54,031 nucleotides of DNA from Trichomonas gallinae (taxonomy: Eukaryota). Each line of letters begins with the position of its first letter. Position 1 is the stretch's first letter. Shown in pieces: positions 1-11,017 of this stretch. Under the pieces are notes generated by a model that worked only from the letters and a program-made list of their open reading frames with translations, was not told where the DNA came from and did no database searches. The position numbers were made by a program, and so were the translations under genes. Where the stretch lies: contig MRSU01010600.1 of assembly GCA_008369845.1 (NCBI GenBank), forward strand, positions 1 to 54,031. Direction: 5' to 3'.

Positions 1-129
1 GTGCTAACTGGGAGCCCATTTTTGGTACCTTTATGTGACCTTTCGTTTCAGACCTGACTTTTGAAAATCAGTTTAATTTTTGTTGTGATTTAAAAATTTA
101 CATTTCAAAAAAAATCAAAAAAAATCACT

Positions 130-2016
130 TTATTTCTTATTCTTCTGGGCGTTGTCGCTGATTGCGTTGTAGATTTCCATAGAGGCAGCCTTGAGCGCAT
201 CATACTTCTCGTCGATCTTCTTCTCATCGTTGCCAGCTGTGGCATCCTTGAGTTCCTTGATTGAGTCTCTGATTCTCTTGAGGAGGTCAGCTGGGAGCTT
301 CTTCTCGTTCTCAGAGACTGTTTTCTCGATCTCATTGATGTACTGTTCCATGGAGTACTTCTTCTCGAGGACCTCTCTCTTCTTCTTGTCCTCTGCAGCG
401 TGCTTCTCAGCGTCTTCGACCATCTTGGCGATTTCCTCCTGTGAGAGGCCTCCATGCTGCTGGATTGTCATCTGCTGCTCCTTGTTTGTCTGCTTGTCCT
501 TAGCGGAGACGTGGACGATGGAGTTGGCATCGATGTCGAATGTGACTTCGATCTTCGGGACACCGCGTGGGGCTGGTGGGATGCCGACGAGTGTGAACTC
601 ACCGAGGAGCTTGTTGCCCTCGCAGAGTGCTCTCTCACCCTGGAATACTCTGATGTTGACATGTGTCTGGCCATCAGCAGCTGTTGTGAACTCCTGGGAC
701 TTCTTTGTTGGGACGACTGTGTTGCGTGGGATGAGTGGTGCGAAAACGCCGCCCATTGTCTCGATACCGAGGGAAAGCGGGGTGACATCGAGGAGGACAA
801 TGTCCTTGTGGTCGCCACGCATGACTGAGCCCTGGATGGAGGCACCGATAGCAACGACTTCATCTGGGTTGACACCGCGGAATGGGTCCTTGCCGAAGAA
901 CTCGCGGACTGAGTCGATAACCTTTGGCATTCTTGTCATACCACCGACAAGGATAACTTCGTTGATCTGCTGTGGTGTGAGGCCAGCATCCTTGAGGCAA
1001 GCCTTGCATGGATCGATTGTCCTTGCGATGAGGTTGGCTGTGATCTTTTCGAAATTAGCACGTGTTATTGGCATCTGAAGGTGCTTTGGACCAGCGCCTG
1101 TAACTGTGATGTATGGAAGGTTGATTTCTGTTGTCATCATGGAGGAAAGTTCGCATTTGGCCTTTTCAACGGCTTCACGGATTCTCTGAAGAGCGAGTGG
1201 GTCCTTAGCGAGGTCGATCTGGTTCTTAGCCTGGAAGTCCTGGATAACATACTTCATTAAAGCGGAGTCGAAGTCTTCACCACCAAGGAATGTATCACCA
1301 TTTGTAGCCTTAACCTCGAAGACACCATCCTTGCTGATTTCAAGGATGGAGACATCGAATGTGCCACCACCGAGATCGAAGACGGCGACTGTCTGTCCCT
1401 GCTTACGTTCTGTGCCGTATGCGAGAGCAGCAGCTGTTGGCTCGTTGATTGTTCTCATAACGTTCAAGCCAGCGATCTTACCAGCATCCTTTGTGGCCTG
1501 GCGCTGAGAATCGTTGAAATAAGCTGGAACGGTAATAACAGCATCCTTAACTGTTGTTCCGAGGTAAGCCTCAGCTGTCTCTTTCATCTTTGTGAGGACG
1601 AAGGCACCGATTTGAGCTGGTGAATATGTGTTGCCCTTTTCATCCTTGACCCAGGCGTCTCCGCTCTTTGCTTTGACGATTTCATAAGGAACCATTTCAC
1701 GGCATTTCTTTGTCATTTCATCGTCGAATGTACGGCCGATCAAACGCTTTGTGGCGAAGAATGTTGATTTTGAATTTGTGATAGCTTGGCGCTTTGCCTG
1801 CTCACCAACGAGGCGTTCACCACTGCTGGTGAAAGCGACGATAGATGGTGTTGTTCTAACACCCTCAGCGTTCTGGATAACTTTTGGTGTGCCACCTTCA
1901 ACGACAGAGACGCAAGAGTTTGTTGTACCAAGGTCAATGCCGATGATTGGTGTCATTCCTTGCGCAAAGGAACGGGCAAATAAGCTGGCAGAGTACTTTC
2001 CAACACTGCTGAGCAT
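130..2016 (-). CDS. Mitochondrial-type (hydrogenosomal) Hsp70 chaperone, 628 aa
   Basis: Hsp70 motifs [40 protein letters not shown]. Proteobacterial/mitochondrial signatures GDAWV and YSPAQIG. No EEVD or KDEL end. N-terminal extension [18 protein letters not shown] resembles a hydrogenosomal presequence. Confidence 0.97.
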   Translation of the reverse strand: MLSSVGKYSASLFARSFAQGMTPIIGIDLGTTNSCVSVVEGGTPKVIQNAEGVRTTPSIVAFTSSGERLVGEQAKRQAITNSKSTFFATKRLIGRTFDDEMTKKCREMVPYEIVKAKSGDAWVKDEKGNTYSPAQIGAFVLTKMKETAEAYLGTTVKDAVITVPAYFNDSQRQATKDAGKIAGLNVMRTINEPTAAALAYGTERKQGQTVAVFDLGGGTFDVSILEISKDGVFEVKATNGDTFLGGEDFDSALMKYVIQDFQAKNQIDLAKDPLALQRIREAVEKAKCELSSMMTTEINLPYITVTGAGPKHLQMPITRANFEKITANLIARTIDPCKACLKDAGLTPQQINEVILVGGMTRMPKVIDSVREFFGKDPFRGVNPDEVVAIGASIQGSVMRGDHKDIVLLDVTPLSLGIETMGGVFAPLIPRNTVVPTKKSQEFTTAADGQTHVNIRVFQGERALCEGNKLLGEFTLVGIPPAPRGVPKIEVTFDIDANSIVHVSAKDKQTNKEQQMTIQQHGGLSQEEIAKMVEDAEKHAAEDKKKREVLEKKYSMEQYINEIEKTVSENEKKLPADLLKRIRDSIKELKDATAGNDEKKIDEKYDALKAASMEIYNAISDNAQKNKK

Positions 2017-2028
2017 AAGTGGTCGTGT

Positions 2029-2036
2029 AAACCGCT
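2029..2036 (-). promoter_or_regulatory. M3-like (Myb-type) core promoter element AGCGGTTT upstream of Hsp70
   Basis: Minus strand reads AGCGGTTTacacgaccacttATG, matching the Trichomonas M3 consensus (DRCSGYTD, from memory) 12 nt before the ATG. Confidence 0.55.
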
Positions 2037-2837
2037 AAAATCCATCTACTCATAATTTTTTGAATAATTATATGAGGGGTGTGTTTTACTATTCAAAATC
2101 ATATGAATTGGACTGTTTTTCTGGGAAATTTGGGAAATTTTTTATTTTTTGGTTATTTATACATCTACCTGTCATAGCAAAGATTGATTTCGGTTCTTTT
2201 TAGTTGTTCGAACAATTTTGGAAAATTTTGCCTGATTTGATCATATCTTTACCTAAATATTCTAAATATATGCTTATTTCTTTAAAATGAAAATCCGATC
2301 ATTACATGACAGACATTGAATATTTTGTGAAGTTTATTTGTCATTATTTTATGGATTTGTTTACTTTACAATGTCAATATTGTTCTATGATCGTTGTTTA
2401 TGTGTCATTTTTGTTAACATTACGTGTCAACATTTTTATTTTCATCAAAAGACAACAATATTTTAGCGAAAGTTTGTTATACGCTGATGGATTCTAATAA
2501 ATGATCATGAAAAATCTGTTTAACTTCATTATTTTTCCCCTAAAATCGCAAAACAACTTGAAGAAAACATTTACAATGCGGATATTACATGCAATCAATA
2601 ATTTACATTGCCGAAATACGAAATATTCATTTTAAATTTTTTGATCATACAAATTTCATGCGAAACATGCCATATATTACTAGATTTTACAATGCTTATA
2701 GAATTTTGATTATAGTTTTCTGAAGTAAACACTTACTTTTCATTGTTGTAAAAAATAAAATATTTAATTAAATAAAGTCTATTGATAGCTGTTTATATCT
2801 TTCACAGATTATAAACGGCATAACTTATATAATAGTT

Positions 2838-4298
2838 TTATGCGTCCATTTCACGCATATCATTCAACTCACATAATTTGTCGAATAATGCTTTTTCTAG
2901 TTCTGTTTGTTCATCAATATCATCGAGAAAATCAAACAGTTCGCTGTCAAGTATCTGCTGAATTATAGTATTCTCTAACATAAAGCTTCCTTCTCTAATG
3001 AAAATTTCAAAAATTTCCATCAAATTCGCGTAAAAATCCCATCTACTGATTTGCCTCACAACTGTGCTCAAGTCACAAAGAGTGAGCATCAAACCATTCT
3101 CGAGCATCTCTCTGCTTGCAGCGAAATAACTTGGAGAAAGTAAAGGAATGAAGAACGAAAAACACTGATTTTTCTCGCTCGAACTTCCAGAGTCAATTTT
3201 TTTAAGCATGAAACTCAAAACATCTGTTTTCATTATTGCTTCAACCGCATCATCATTTCCCATTTTGCAAAGTTCTGTGAACAAATGAGCAAAAGCTTGC
3301 GGAAAGTTATTTGCTCCTGTTTCTGTTGTTTGCGGTAAATGTTTGCAAAATACGTCAATGATTTCTTTAGGAACATCAAACCTTGCTTTTTCGCAAGCAT
3401 TCGCAAGCAAATAAGCCAAATGCTGATCAAAATTGTAGTCGACTTGTAGATCTAGTAGTGGGTGAATGTCTTCTAGAATTTCAGGCAAACGAGGAAAATT
3501 CTCTTCATGGAAAGAAAAAATCGAATTTAAAAGTTCGAAAGAAACCGCAAACATCGTTATTTGTGGATGTTTGTCTCTATAACTTTGGAATAAATCATAT
3601 AACTCATCTCTAGCACTTCCTTGAGCATTCTTCATCTCTTCTTCGAATTTGTTTTCGAGATCTGATTTGATTTTAGTAATAAACTCAATAGTTCTTGGTA
3701 CTGACACTTTTATATATTGTATATACACGTTAATTAACTCATTACACACTTCTTGGTTATAACCATCTGTAAGAATTATGAGTGAATTTATCAATTTTGT
3801 ATTTTGAACGAAAACATTCTGTGAAAAGTTCTCAGGATCCAAGAAAATAACTGCTGTTTTGAGTATGAAGTTGTTTTCTAGTAAAACTGTCTGTAATTTT
3901 TTATCTTTTAATACAAGTGTTTGAAACCAGCCGGCAATGCGATGAAAAACATTTATAAATGTTTCAACTATCCCACTAGAAGTAAACATTTCCAAGTGAT
4001 CTTGTTTAGAAAGCCATAATTTCATGAATGCTGAAATTTCATAAGAAAGATTACCGGTATTAATAAAGTATTGTAGCATTTTATCGATTACTGCAATGTC
4101 CACTTCAACATCGCTATTGGTTAAATCGATTAATTTTGATATAATCATATTGATTAAATTTTTTGGCACTTCTGGATCTTCAAACTGTGGTATTATCTCT
4201 CTATAGAACTCATCGACTTCAAAATCGATAATATCTTGCTCATCTTCGTCCTCGATGTTGTTTTGTGAATTTGGATTTGATTCATCTTTGTACTCCAT
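2838..4298 (-). CDS. Hypothetical alpha-helical (ARM/HEAT-like) protein, 486 aa
   Basis: Long ATG-initiated ORF with an acidic N-terminus and amphipathic helical pattern. Inr-like TCATTT lies just upstream. The fold is inferred. Confidence 0.8.
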   Translation of the reverse strand: MEYKDESNPNSQNNIEDEDEQDIIDFEVDEFYREIIPQFEDPEVPKNLINMIISKLIDLTNSDVEVDIAVIDKMLQYFINTGNLSYEISAFMKLWLSKQDHLEMFTSSGIVETFINVFHRIAGWFQTLVLKDKKLQTVLLENNFILKTAVIFLDPENFSQNVFVQNTKLINSLIILTDGYNQEVCNELINVYIQYIKVSVPRTIEFITKIKSDLENKFEEEMKNAQGSARDELYDLFQSYRDKHPQITMFAVSFELLNSIFSFHEENFPRLPEILEDIHPLLDLQVDYNFDQHLAYLLANACEKARFDVPKEIIDVFCKHLPQTTETGANNFPQAFAHLFTELCKMGNDDAVEAIMKTDVLSFMLKKIDSGSSSEKNQCFSFFIPLLSPSYFAASREMLENGLMLTLCDLSTVVRQISRWDFYANLMEIFEIFIREGSFMLENTIIQQILDSELFDFLDDIDEQTELEKALFDKLCELNDMREMDA

Positions 4299-4385
4299 CG
4301 AGAAATGATTTCATTTCATGTTTATAAAGATAAAAACTAGAAATCCAAAGATTTTTATCAGAAAATAAAGAAAGTATAAAAGTGG

Positions 4386-7300
4386 ATGGAATGGGTTGTT
4401 AAATATATTGTGGAAAACAACCCAGACAAGCTTGTGGATCTGTCCAAAATGCGTGTTAGAACGCATAGACAGATCCCTTGCGACTTCAATGGCCAGATTT
4501 TGGAACTTCATCATCCACTACCTCTTCATTTAGCTATTTATATAGGAAGAAAGGAGATATTTGATGCTCTATTGTACGTTGGTGCTAATGTAAATGAAAT
4601 AGATCCGAATTCGAAAATTCTTCATAATCAAATTGTGCTCCACTTCATATTGCAGCATATAGTAATGATATATACGCTACAAAAGTTCTATTGGCAAGGC
4701 ATGCTGATCCAAATACGATAAATCAAAATAAAATTCATTTTAAATTTACGAAACTCCGCTGCATATTGCAGTTAAAATGCAACATTATGAAATAATTAAA
4801 TTACTTGTTGATAATGGTGCGAATATTAACGCTCAAGATATTCACGGATTTACTCCTCTTTATCGAGCAATCAAAAGAGGGGATATAAACATGTCTGCTT
4901 TCTTTGTGAAGCATAAAGCTAAGACTGATCTCCTCACGGAATCGAATTTAAACGCTTTAAATTTGGCTGAGGATCCACGTAATGTGGCAATCATCGAATT
5001 ATTATCAGGAAAGTCGCTTTTGCTCAAACCTGCGCCAAATGACTTGATTTCTGGTCCAATAACTAGAAATGAATTAATTGATCCTTTTACTGTGGAATTG
5101 CCGCCTTTGCCAGCCACAGATCCATTTGATGGACCACGTCATCCTGAACAAGAGCCAATGCAAAGCTTTTCAGCTCAAGAAAATTATTCTACTCGAAATG
5201 GGCCAAATTATACTGAAAACAGATACTCAAATGCTTATAATCAAGATTTTCAGTATCATCAAAGACAAAACTATAGAAATCAGCCACATTATAATCCTGA
5301 TGCGCCAAAATATGAGCAAAACCCAAGAAATGAGCATTATAAATTAGATCCAGCAAAATTCGAGAACAAACTTAATTATGATGCTCAAAGATCAGATCCA
5401 AAATCAAAATATGGTGAATATACTCCAAAAACAGAGCCGAATTCAAAATATGGTGAATGTACACCGAAATCACAAAAACCAGACCAAAATTCTTCAAATG
5501 ATCAAAATGCAAAAATTGAAACAAAGCAAAACGATGATCAGAATACAGATAATGCACATCAAACAGATCAAAAATCTATAAATGATCAAGATATCTCTGA
5601 ATCTTCAAAATCTGAGCAAAAGCATGAAAACGAACCACCAGCTCGTCCAAGATCTACTCCTAACTTGGTTAAATTGCAAGTTGGCACTCAGAAGCAAGTT
5701 CCTGTACCAGAAATGCATAAAGAAAAACCGAAGCAAAACAGGCCAAAACCATCAGATTTCCTTCAAGCAAAGCAACAACCAAAACCATCAATTGAAAAGC
5801 CGCAGAAACCATATAAGAAGAAAGAAAAGTCAACGCCTGACTTCAAAGAGTACAGACCGAAGCAACAGAAGCAGCCAGAGCCAGCAAAATTCAATATCGA
5901 AATCAAGAAAAATGAATCACTCAAACTCGAAATCACCAAATCAAATTCAACAAGCGACATTCCAAAGGAACAAGAAAACAAACCTGTCCACACGTTTAAG
6001 ATAGAAAAGCCTAAGATCACAATTTCTGCGAAACCAGTAGATCCACCTAAACCAGCTCCATCACAAGAATACAAGATAGAAAAGCCAGCATTCCAGATTA
6101 TTTTCCCCGAAAAAGGTAAACAACTTTTAATCCCTTCACTAACCGTAACAAAGAAAGAAGAAAAGACAGAATTCATTACATGTCCAGTTTGCAAATTCGC
6201 TGGGGCAAGAATTATCTATTTAGTCGAACATTTAGTTCAGAATCATCACATGAATCCACAGTTCGATGCAGAATTTGTTCTCTCTAAATCATCAAAGACA
6301 CAAACAGCCCTTTGTGCTACATGCAACAATGAGTTTCCAATCTCGCAAATCAGAGCCCATATTTTCTCTGAGCACACAGATAATGTCTTAGAGTTCATTG
6401 CAAAAATATCTCAAAACACAGCAATTTCAAAATTCTGCAATGATTATCTCGACAAGAAGAGGAATCCTGTCAAAGAGCAGCAAACAGAAGAAGAATCAGA
6501 AAAATATTCCGATGAATACGATGATGGATTATCTGATGTTAGCGAAGCATATTCTGATGCAAGTGATAATGATTCTGATGATGATGAGGCGGATGCATAT
6601 ATGGCTTTCGTCACAAGCACAATTGATATGAAAGGCTTGGCTGTTTCATCAAAGAAAACGAGCGAAGAAGTAACTGTACAAAAGATTGAAGCAGAAGAAG
6701 AAAAGCCAAAGAAAGTAGAAGAAGAACAAGTTGAAGCAGCTGTTGACTCTTTCGATTTGCTTCAAAACTTGTCATATGTCGAGAAATACATGAGCATCGA
6801 CAAAATGATTCAAACAAATCCAGTTTGTCACTGCAAACTTTGCCAAAAAGATTTCCCGTATGCAGTTACACTCATGAAGCACTGCATGGACAATCACGTT
6901 CCAAAGTTCACACCTCAGTTGCTCAAAACCCTCGATTTCATGAATCCTGGAATAACTTTCGAAAAAACTGACAACGAGTTATTAATCGATCAATCATTGC
7001 ATCTTCGCCTTTTCTGCTATCCAACACTAAGAGCACCAGAAAATCCACGAGTTGAGTTTGAGCTTACTTTCCCCAACTTTTTGGCTTCGCTAATAATCGA
7101 AGCACTTTCCGTCGGAAAAGAGCAACAAATAATTTTCCCGAAGGTATTCGATTCACAAGTCGTCATGCTGCGATTGCCGACACCCACTCCTTTTGTGGTT
7201 ACGACATATGAGCATGAAACTGTTTTCGGCATCATATCAACGCCGCAAATGTCAGCTGATGAAATAGGTAGAACTCTTTCTAGCGTCGCAAACTATGAAA

Positions 7301-7674
7301 GGAATCTCGCTGTTCTGACAATCAGAGTCACGAAAATAGACATCGATCGAATGACTGATGATGAGATATACAACATCGCTGAGACTAATGGATGTACTGT
7401 GCTTAGATCTCAGATGATTGTTGAGAATAATCATAAGAGTTTTGATACTTTCTTTTTCTGCTCGAGTTGGACTGAGCAGACGAAGGAGAACATCAAAGAT
7501 AGCTTCAGTGAGATCTTTTACTACAGCGAAGTCAGCACCTGCGGAAAATGCGGCAAAATGTTTTTGACAAGGGATGCTGAGAGCAAATGCGATGATGGAG
7601 AAAACCATATAGTTGATAATACTGTATCCACCGCTGAATTCTTTGAGTTTACTGTTGATGAAATTTCAAATTAA
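4386..7674 (+). CDS. Ankyrin-repeat and C2H2 zinc-finger protein encoded in three frames (about 4386-4610, 4631-4729, 4747-7674; about 1083 aa if joined)
   Basis: Segment 1 ends PLHLAIYIGRKEIFDALLYVGANVNEIDPN. Segment 2 (different frame, absent from the ORF track) is NCAPLHIAAYSNDIYATKVLLARHADPNTINQN. Segment 3 starts YETPLHIAVKMQHYEIIKLLVDNGANINAQDIHGFTPLY. Downstream are a P/K/Q/N low-complexity region, CPVC..H..H, CATC..H..H and CKLC..H..H fingers and an acidic tract. Confidence 0.8.
4611..4630 (+). other. Frame-disrupting insert 1 in ankyrin gene (17-20 nt; candidate non-canonical intron or recoding site)
   Basis: TCGAAAATTCTTCATAATCA lies between ...IDPN and NCAPLH. Removal restores the frame and the 33-aa repeat spacing. 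No GT/AG ends. Exact boundaries are ambiguous by a few nt. Confidence 0.6.
4730..4746 (+). other. Frame-disrupting insert 2 in ankyrin gene (17 nt; candidate non-canonical intron or recoding site)
   Basis: AAAATTCATTTTAAATT lies between ...TINQN and YETPLH. It contains no G at all. Removal restores the frame and the 33-aa spacing. Confidence 0.6.
5398..5475 (+). repeat. Two-copy 39-bp coding tandem repeat
   Basis: PKSKYGEYTPKTE / PNSKYGECTPKSQ; TCAAAATATGGTGAAT occurs twice, 39 bp apart. Confidence 0.8.
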
Positions 7675-7949
7675 ATAAAATATATTATATATACTTTTAA
7701 CATAATCAATCCATCTTTCAACAGCCATATTCCCATAATATTAAACTATTTATTGAGATTTAAAAAAATAAATTATGTAAACATTTTAAGAAATTATCAG
7801 TGATCATAAGTGTTAATATAGAGAAATATTGATAAAATTATGAATATTTCTTAGATTCTGTGAAAGATATTCGAAAAATATTTTTGATTAATTAAAGATA
7901 TTGGTAAACAGTAGAGCAGGATAAATAATATGTTCAACTTTTATGGAAT

Positions 7950-8342
7950 TTAGAAGAACATGCCAAGGATCTTGCCACCAGCGTTCTTCTTACGGGCCTC
8001 TTCATGATCGAGGATTCCCTTGTCTGTGGAAAGAACGACATAGCCGAACTGGCGGGATGGGAGGAGCTTGGCCTGCCACATCTCGAGATCACCAAGACCG
8101 ACGTCGAAGCGTGGGCAGATAGCGACGCACTTGTTAAGGCGGCCGAGGAGGTTGATGACGATCTTGCCGGAGCGGTGGTCATCGATAACCTCGAAATCGC
8201 CGATGTAGTTACGAGCCATCATAACCTTGAGGAAGGCGATGATGACCTTGGAGGATGGGCGGATCATAACCTGGCGCATACCACGGCGCTCGGCGTTGGT
8301 GATAGCTTTGAGGGCATCAGCAAGAACGGAAGTGCGGACCAT
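7950..8342 (-). CDS. RPS15A: 40S ribosomal protein S15a (uS8), 130 aa
   Basis: [69 protein letters not shown]. The true start is the ATG at 8342, not 8429. Strong high-expression codon bias. Confidence 0.98.
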   Translation of the reverse strand: MVRTSVLADALKAITNAERRGMRQVMIRPSSKVIIAFLKVMMARNYIGDFEVIDDHRSGKIVINLLGRLNKCVAICPRFDVGLGDLEMWQAKLLPSRQFGYVVLSTDKGILDHEEARKKNAGGKILGMFF

Positions 8343-8349
8343 TCGAACG

Positions 8350-8354
8350 AAAGG
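8350..8354 (-). promoter_or_regulatory. M5 (CCTTT) initiator-like element of RPS15A
   Basis: Minus strand gtCCTTTcgttcgaATG. CCTTT is the known alternative initiator enriched in Trichomonas ribosomal-protein genes. Confidence 0.7.
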
Positions 8355-8549
8355 ACAAACCACTATAATCGTTTTCCCCTCAATTTCCTTGGACCTTCTT
8401 TTATATATCATATCCTTACTTATTGTCAACTATATGTTATATTTTTTGCAAAATTATTCAATTATAATGTAATTTCAAAATTTCAAAAAATTATCAGTCG
8501 ATGACAAAACCATATGCAACGCATGACTTATATATACACGCATATATAT

Positions 8550-8764
8550 ACATATATGCACAACAACAAGCTCTCTAAGAGCATATAAGATCAATTCCAA
8601 GTTACTAATTTAAGAAAATCTCTCTGAGAGTCCATAAAATCAATTTCAAGTAAAGGATAATACAAATGGAAAATCACAACTATCTAAATGTAGAAGCAAT
8701 TTTTGATCTAAGAATATATATGCACATATATACAAAATCAAACTCTCTGAGAGCATATAAGATC
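8550..8764. repeat. Degenerate direct repeats upstream of RPS15A
   Basis: CTCTCTAAGAGCATATAAGATC (8571), CTCTCTGAGAGTCCATAAAATC (8620), CTCTCTGAGAGCATATAAGATC (8743). The first and third are preceded by ATATATATGCACA. Confidence 0.75.
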
Positions 8765-9061
8765 TTACACTTCTCTTAGATCAAATGTTGCGTCTCAATA
8801 TAGATTGTTGAGATTTTCGATTTATTTGTCCTTTATTGCATCATTGACTATTATGTTTTGATCAAGATATTACTAGAAAAAGTAATTGTCGTTGATATGA
8901 TGCATCAAATACTTTTAATTCAAATCTCTTTTTAATATTTTGGATTATTTCAATGAATATATAGTTTTTTATTGTATTTAATCAATATAATCATTGATAA
9001 TAGTCATATATTATTACTACAAATAACCAAATAATTTATACAAAAAAATAAAAAAATATAA

Positions 9062-11017
9062 TTAGAAGAAATCATCGTAAAGATCATCAAGTTGCTTCTC
9101 AAGCTCATTGAGTGAACTGACATAAAACTTGGGACAGTCTTCAATCGGAGTAATTAAGTCTGAGTAATTAGCTCTAATCCATCCGCTTGATTCTTGTTTA
9201 GGTCTGATGCACTGGGCGATTGCATCGCCTAGGGCCATAGCAAGCTTGTCTTCCTCAGGATTTTCAGGTTCTGGTGGAAGAGGCTGAGCTTGTTGTTGAA
9301 TCTGAGGCATCATCATTTGCTGCTGCTGCAATGACGGAGCAATTGGCATTTCCATAGGCATCTTAGGCAATGGAGTGGTTTGTAATTGGTCAGGATTCTG
9401 TGGTGTAGCGCAAGGCTTAACTTTAATAATTAATTCTGTCAAAACAATTGGTTGTCCGCATTCTGGGCATGTAGCCTTACCATTCTGGCAATTTTGGATT
9501 ATTGTAAGTGGATCTAAAGCGCATCCTCTGCAATTTGGCGTTTCAGCAATGACTTGGTCATAAAATTCGCGTTTAATGCCTGCTTTATCAAGAAGAGCGT
9601 TGAGTACATCTAATGGGGCCCTCTTTGTAGCATAGCAGAGCGTGAACCAAGAAACCGGAGTAGTTGGTGAAATAAATTGTGGTTTTATAGTGATTTTGTT
9701 CTTCGATGTTTGAGGGATCAAGTAATACATATAATTGTCGCCCAAAGAAGAAGGCTGCACTTCAACGGAGTCATCGACAATAATAGACAAAGTCTGCTCT
9801 GGCAAGCGAGGAAGGAACAGACCATAGGGAAAGGCGTCTCCTCTTTTTGTTGGAGGAAGGAGGTTGAATTCGGAACCTTTTTGCATGTTAGGGAGGCACT
9901 GCATTATCTGGAACTGCGGCTTGATGTTTTTCGCGGGCATGAAAACATTTGGACATTTCGGATTATTGAAAACGTTGTACATATCATCGCTACTCTTGAA
10001 CTGCTGGGCGAAATAGTTCGCGTAGCTTATTGCGTTTGGAATTGTCTTATAAATGTTATTAGCGAAATAAACAGTAAAGGCATCTGGGCTTCCTTCGCCG
10101 CGTTTGAAGTTGCATCCGAATATTCTGTAAAACAGGTTGTGCTTTTCTTCAGGCATCAACGCTATGTAGTGAGAAATTGATGAGACATCACTTGCTGGCA
10201 TGGAAACTTGGGATTGGACTGGTATTTGAGGTGTTTCCTGTGGGGTAGGAAGTGGAGATTCTGGGACATCTGATGTTGCTGAGTGTTTCTTTGGCTTTCG
10301 CTTGTTTTGTTGCATTTGGTTCTGTTTTTGTTTCTTTTGGTTTGAAATAGACTGATTCTTTGATTGTGTAGACGGAGGTTGTGTTGGTGTCTGTGGCTGT
10401 TGCTGCTGATTCTGTTGTTGCTGTTGTTGTTGCATTTGAGATAATAAATTGCTTTGAGAGCCTTGCATTTGGCTTTGCAATGAATTACCTGACATTTGCA
10501 TATAATTTTGCATGTAATTTTGTTGATTTTGCATGTAATTCTGCATAAAATTCTGTTGAACAGCGTTCATCATTTGATTTTGCGATGTCTGCTGGGACAT
10601 ATCATTTCCTGCCATTGAACTGAGTGATGTATTGGAAGCACTCCTGCTCATTGTCGAATTATCAACATTTGACTGATTTTGCTGTGGAGCAGGCGAATTT
10701 TCTGCATTTTGTTGCATCATCTTGTTCTGCATCATTTGCATTTGGTTTAATTGGTTCTGCTGGTTCTGTTGATGTTGCATTAAATTTTGATTTTTCATCA
10801 TCTGCTGAGAAGACGGGAATGCGTATTGCGACATGTTGAACATCGGGCCCATGGCCATTTGGAACGCTTTAATTTGACTTTGGAATTGCATTGGCGTCAT
10901 ATTTTGCATTTGCTGCATATTCTGCATCTGTTGCGGCATCTGTCTGTACTGCTGGTTCTGCAGCATCTTCATTTGCTGCATTTGGTAGTTCGTGTACTTT
11001 TGATCTTGGTGATTCAT
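9062..11017 (-). CDS. Q/M/N-rich protein with degenerate SP-RING (MIZ)-like zinc finger; putative nuclear regulator, about 651 aa
   Basis: About 240-aa Q/N/M/S low-complexity N-terminus, basic NKRKPKKH, and CRGCALD...ATCPECGQPIVLTELII. First in-frame ATG is at 11017 (the ORF track starts at TTG). Inr GTCACTTT at about 11043-11036. Confidence 0.85.
   Translation of the reverse strand: MNHQDQKYTNYQMQQMKMLQNQQYRQMPQQMQNMQQMQNMTPMQFQSQIKAFQMAMGPMFNMSQYAFPSSQQMMKNQNLMQHQQNQQNQLNQMQMMQNKMMQQNAENSPAPQQNQSNVDNSTMSRSASNTSLSSMAGNDMSQQTSQNQMMNAVQQNFMQNYMQNQQNYMQNYMQMSGNSLQSQMQGSQSNLLSQMQQQQQQQNQQQQPQTPTQPPSTQSKNQSISNQKKQKQNQMQQNKRKPKKHSATSDVPESPLPTPQETPQIPVQSQVSMPASDVSSISHYIALMPEEKHNLFYRIFGCNFKRGEGSPDAFTVYFANNIYKTIPNAISYANYFAQQFKSSDDMYNVFNNPKCPNVFMPAKNIKPQFQIMQCLPNMQKGSEFNLLPPTKRGDAFPYGLFLPRLPEQTLSIIVDDSVEVQPSSLGDNYMYYLIPQTSKNKITIKPQFISPTTPVSWFTLCYATKRAPLDVLNALLDKAGIKREFYDQVIAETPNCRGCALDPLTIIQNCQNGKATCPECGQPIVLTELIIKVKPCATPQNPDQLQTTPLPKMPMEMPIAPSLQQQQMMMPQIQQQAQPLPPEPENPEEDKLAMALGDAIAQCIRPKQESSGWIRANYSDLITPIEDCPKFYVSSLNELEKQLDDLYDDFF

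Noticed and set aside
1..60. GC-richer stretch at the window edge (possible gene end, element end or ribozyme-like CTGA..GAAA)
   Set aside because: Truncated by the window and no complete hammerhead core or stems; cannot be assigned.
191..1078. Long antisense and alternate-frame ORFs over Hsp70 (also over RPS15A, AlaRS e.g. 33804-34928, the PLB-like gene and BEACH)
   Set aside because: Shadow ORFs caused by strong codon bias on the coding strand; no protein-like features.
4574..4602. Canonical-looking 29-nt GTACGT...GCTAAT...AG intron that would change frame correctly in the ankyrin gene
   Set aside because: Splicing it deletes the conserved GANVN ankyrin residues and runs into TAA at 4625-4627. 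The branch-point-to-AG spacing also does not fit the trichomonad fused motif.
4739..4748. Slippery-like heptamers TTTAAAT / AAATTTA at ankyrin junction 2
   Set aside because: They are not phased as X XXY YYZ in the incoming frame, and junction 1 has no equivalent, so a classical -1 frameshift is not supported.
8343..8429. N-terminal extension of RPS15A in the ORF track
   Set aside because: uS8 begins MVR. The extension is promoter sequence containing the M5 element. Similar TTG/GTG/CTG-started extensions of other genes were trimmed to the first ATG.
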